From assembly GCA_036489235.1 (NCBI GenBank), contig DASXGC010000031.1, forward strand, positions 13 through 64,012: a stretch of 64,000 nt of DNA, in the 5' to 3' direction. This DNA comes from Vicinamibacterales bacterium (GTDB lineage: Bacteria; Acidobacteriota; Vicinamibacteria; Vicinamibacterales; CAVVIG01). The position numbers were made by a program, and so were the translations under genes. Positions 62,153 to 64,000 of this stretch are shown here, in pieces. The notes under the pieces are model-generated. The model ran no database searches, was not told the DNA's origin, and saw nothing but the letters and a program-made list of their open reading frames with translations. The stretch's first letter is position 1; each line of letters starts with the position of its first letter.

Positions 62153-62324
62153 CCGCAAAATCCTGCACCTCAGTAAGTTACGCCAAATTTTCGCCTTTTA
62201 ATCGCCAAGGGGTTTTGACCCACTTTTTGACCGCTCCGACCGTCCTGCGAACCGGTCGGTGTACGATGCCGCGTCGGACCGGTTCCGGGTCTTGCCCAAA
62301 CCGCGCCCTCAACCACAACGCCGC

Positions 62325-63362
62325 ATGAAAACCGTCCTCGTCTGCGAAGCACAGGTCCCGTTCGTCCAAGGCGGGGCTGAGCTGCTCGTGCGCGGCCTGG
62401 TCGGCCAGTTGCAAAAGCATGGCTACCGCGCCGACAAGGTCTCAGTTCCCTTCAAGTGGTATCCCAAGGACGAGCTGCTGACGAGCGCGGCGGCGTGGCG
62501 CATGATCGACCTGTCCGAATCGAACGGCGTGCGGATCGACGCCGTGATCGCAACGAAGTTCCCGACCTATTTCGTCCGCCACCCGCACAAAGTGACCTGG
62601 CTGTTCCATCACTACCGAGCGATTTACGACCTCTTCGGGACACCCTACAGCGAATTCGATCACACCGAACGCGACGTGCGCCTGCGCGACCGTCTGATCG
62701 CACTCGACAACGAAGTGCTTGGAGAATCGGCGCGCCTGTTCGCGATCGCTCGAAACACCGCGTCGCGGTTGCAGCGCTATAACGGTCTCACCGCCGAGAC
62801 GCTGTATCATCCACCGCCGCTCGCCGAACGCCTGCACGCGGGCCCGTTCGGCGACTACATGCTGTCGGTCGGTCGCCTCGAAGCCAACAAGCGCGTCGAT
62901 CTCATCATCCGTGCCCTCGTCCACGTGCCCACGCTACGGCTGGTAATCGTCGGCGAGGGGCCCCTCCGTGGGCAGCTCGAGAAAACCGCGGCAGAGCTCG
63001 GTGTCGCAGACCGCGTCAACTGGACCGGCCCGGTGGACGAGGAAACGCTCGTCTCTCTCTACGCCGGTGCTCTCGCCGTCGTGTTTCCTCCCTTCGACGA
63101 GGACTACGGCTACGTCACGCTCGAGGCGTTCCTCGCCCGCAAGCCGGTGGTCACCACCACCGATGCCGGCGGACCGCTCGAATTCGTCGAGCACGGAGTG
63201 ACCGGCCTGGTCTGCGAGCCGACGCCGCCGGCGATTGCCGATGCCATGACTCGCCTCCGCGGTGATCACGCACTCGCGCGCTCGCTCGGCGACGCCGGGT
63301 ACGATCGCGTACGACCGATCAGCTGGGAACATGCGGTGGACAGACTAATGGCCAATGGCTAA
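62325..63362 (+). CDS. Family-4 (GT-B, glycos_transf_1) glycosyltransferase
   Basis: 'GRLEANKRVDLII', 'LVIVGEGP' and the EX7E region 'FDEDYGYVTLEAF' match. The C-terminal ...LMANG-TAA is encoded by the heptamer array. Confidence 0.85.
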   Translation: MKTVLVCEAQVPFVQGGAELLVRGLVGQLQKHGYRADKVSVPFKWYPKDELLTSAAAWRMIDLSESNGVRIDAVIATKFPTYFVRHPHKVTWLFHHYRAIYDLFGTPYSEFDHTERDVRLRDRLIALDNEVLGESARLFAIARNTASRLQRYNGLTAETLYHPPPLAERLHAGPFGDYMLSVGRLEANKRVDLIIRALVHVPTLRLVIVGEGPLRGQLEKTAAELGVADRVNWTGPVDEETLVSLYAGALAVVFPPFDEDYGYVTLEAFLARKPVVTTTDAGGPLEFVEHGVTGLVCEPTPPAIADAMTRLRGDHALARSLGDAGYDRVRPISWEHAVDRLMANG

Positions 63363-63409
63363 TGGCTGATGGCTGATGGCTGATGGCTCAGGGCTAATGG
63401 CTGACGGCG
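63347..63409 (+). repeat. RATGGCT heptamer array, 9 units, spanning the GT4 stop and candidate GT2 starts
   Basis: 'aatggcc aatggct aatggct gatggct gatggct gatggct cagggct aatggct gacggcg'. There is no opposed arm. Confidence 0.85.
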
Positions 63410-64000
63410 TGAACGTGGCGGAGACGTCGATCGTCATCCCCGCCTTCAACGAAGCGGCGTCAGTCGGCGCGGTCGTTCAGGCGCTGCTCGCCGTGGGGCG
63501 GTGGCGCGAGATCCTCGTGATCGACGACGGCTCGAGCGACGACACCGCGGTGCGCGCGGAAACCGCCGGCGCTCGCGTCGTTCGTCATCCCTACAACAAG
63601 GGCAACGGCGCGGCGGTCAAGACCGGCATCCGGAACGCGACCGGACAGTTCGTGCTGATCGCCGACGCCGACGGCCAGCACCAGCCCGCGGACGCACGGC
63701 GGCTCGTTTCATACCTCGATCGCTACGACCTCGTCGTGGGCGCTCGATCGAGCCGCACCCAGGCCAACCTCGGCAGACGAGTCGGCAACGCCGCGTTGAA
63801 CTGGCTGGCGAGCTACCTCACGGACCATCCGATTCCGGATCTCACGTCCGGATTTCGCGCCGCCCGCCGCGACTGCCTGCTCGAGTTCATTCACCTCTTG
63901 CCGAATGGCTTCTCGACGCCGACGACCACGACTCTCGCCTTCATGAAAGCGGGGTACAGTGTACGATTCGAACCGATCGACGCCGCGCAACGGAGCGGCG
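63397..64000 (+). CDS. Family-2 glycosyltransferase (DPM1/GtrB-like), 3' end outside the window
   Basis: The frame is open to the window end and is not in the track because it has no stop. 'SIVIPAFNEA', 'ILVIDDGSSDDT' and 'LIADADGQH' match. Start candidates are ATG 63376, ATG 63397 and GTG 63409; the two ATGs lie inside the heptamer array and GTG 63409 sits at its last nucleotide. Confidence 0.8.
   Translation, partial: MADGVNVAETSIVIPAFNEAASVGAVVQALLAVGRWREILVIDDGSSDDTAVRAETAGARVVRHPYNKGNGAAVKTGIRNATGQFVLIADADGQHQPADARRLVSYLDRYDLVVGARSSRTQANLGRRVGNAALNWLASYLTDHPIPDLTSGFRAARRDCLLEFIHLLPNGFSTPTTTTLAFMKAGYSVRFEPIDAAQRSG

Noticed and set aside
62249-62285. 9-bp stem GAACCGGTC...GACCGGTTC in the leader of the GT4 gene, and duplicated TTTTGACC at ~62205-62232
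   Set aside because: No associated -10 element or known motif could be assigned. It is noted only as a possible 5'-UTR structure.
63460-63990. Minus-strand ORFs 63460..63681 and 63709..63990
   Set aside because: They lie antisense to a clear plus-strand GT2 glycosyltransferase reading frame (IVIPAFNE...DDGSSDDT...DADGQH) that runs off the window end.

Overview
GC-rich bacterial chromosomal segment, about 90% coding. Gene content (CarboxypepD_reg/TPR protein, PASTA-bearing FtsI, GT-C membrane proteins) suggests Acidobacteriota or a neighbouring phylum, but I cannot verify that without a search. All calls come from reading the ORF translations and DNA by eye. Family names are recalled signatures, not database hits, and coordinates were indexed by hand.

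Content is overwhelmingly core housekeeping:
- A complete dcw cell-wall/division cluster on the minus strand, 45233-62075: mraZ-rsmH-ftsL-ftsI-murE-murF-mraY-murD-ftsW-murG-murC-ftsQ-ftsA-ftsZ.
- mutS2-dnaG-rpoD-tRNA-Met followed by an intrinsic terminator.
- lepA-lepB, rpiB-glyA, a YoaA/DinG-type helicase, ferritin, yggS-divIVA, hutI plus cyclodeaminase, citrate synthase, larB, RNase HI, pgeF, acpS.
- thiC behind a clear TPP riboswitch.
- A ClpA/C-type unfoldase, htpX and an M20 peptidase.
- Several envelope glycosyltransferases (GT-C-like, CslA-like GT2, GT4, GT2).

I found no transposase, integrase, CRISPR array, toxin-antitoxin pair or recognisable defence genes.

Two things are not explained by ordinary annotation:
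1. A layer of short tandem repeats with periods of 7, 8, 21, 27 and 40 nt. They sit directly after stop codons, often as opposed arrays that fold into long hairpins. The main family is RATGGCT heptamers at five loci. It supplies the stop codon and last residues of two unrelated genes, and it is translated in-frame inside mutS2. A different repeat plus palindrome is inserted in-frame in murF.
2. At the left edge, a fused VTE5-like/VTE6-like (DUF92) prenol kinase translationally coupled to a UbiA prenyltransferase. This is a candidate isoprenoid-alcohol salvage-and-attach module.

Neither is proven. The decisive computations are listed with each finding.
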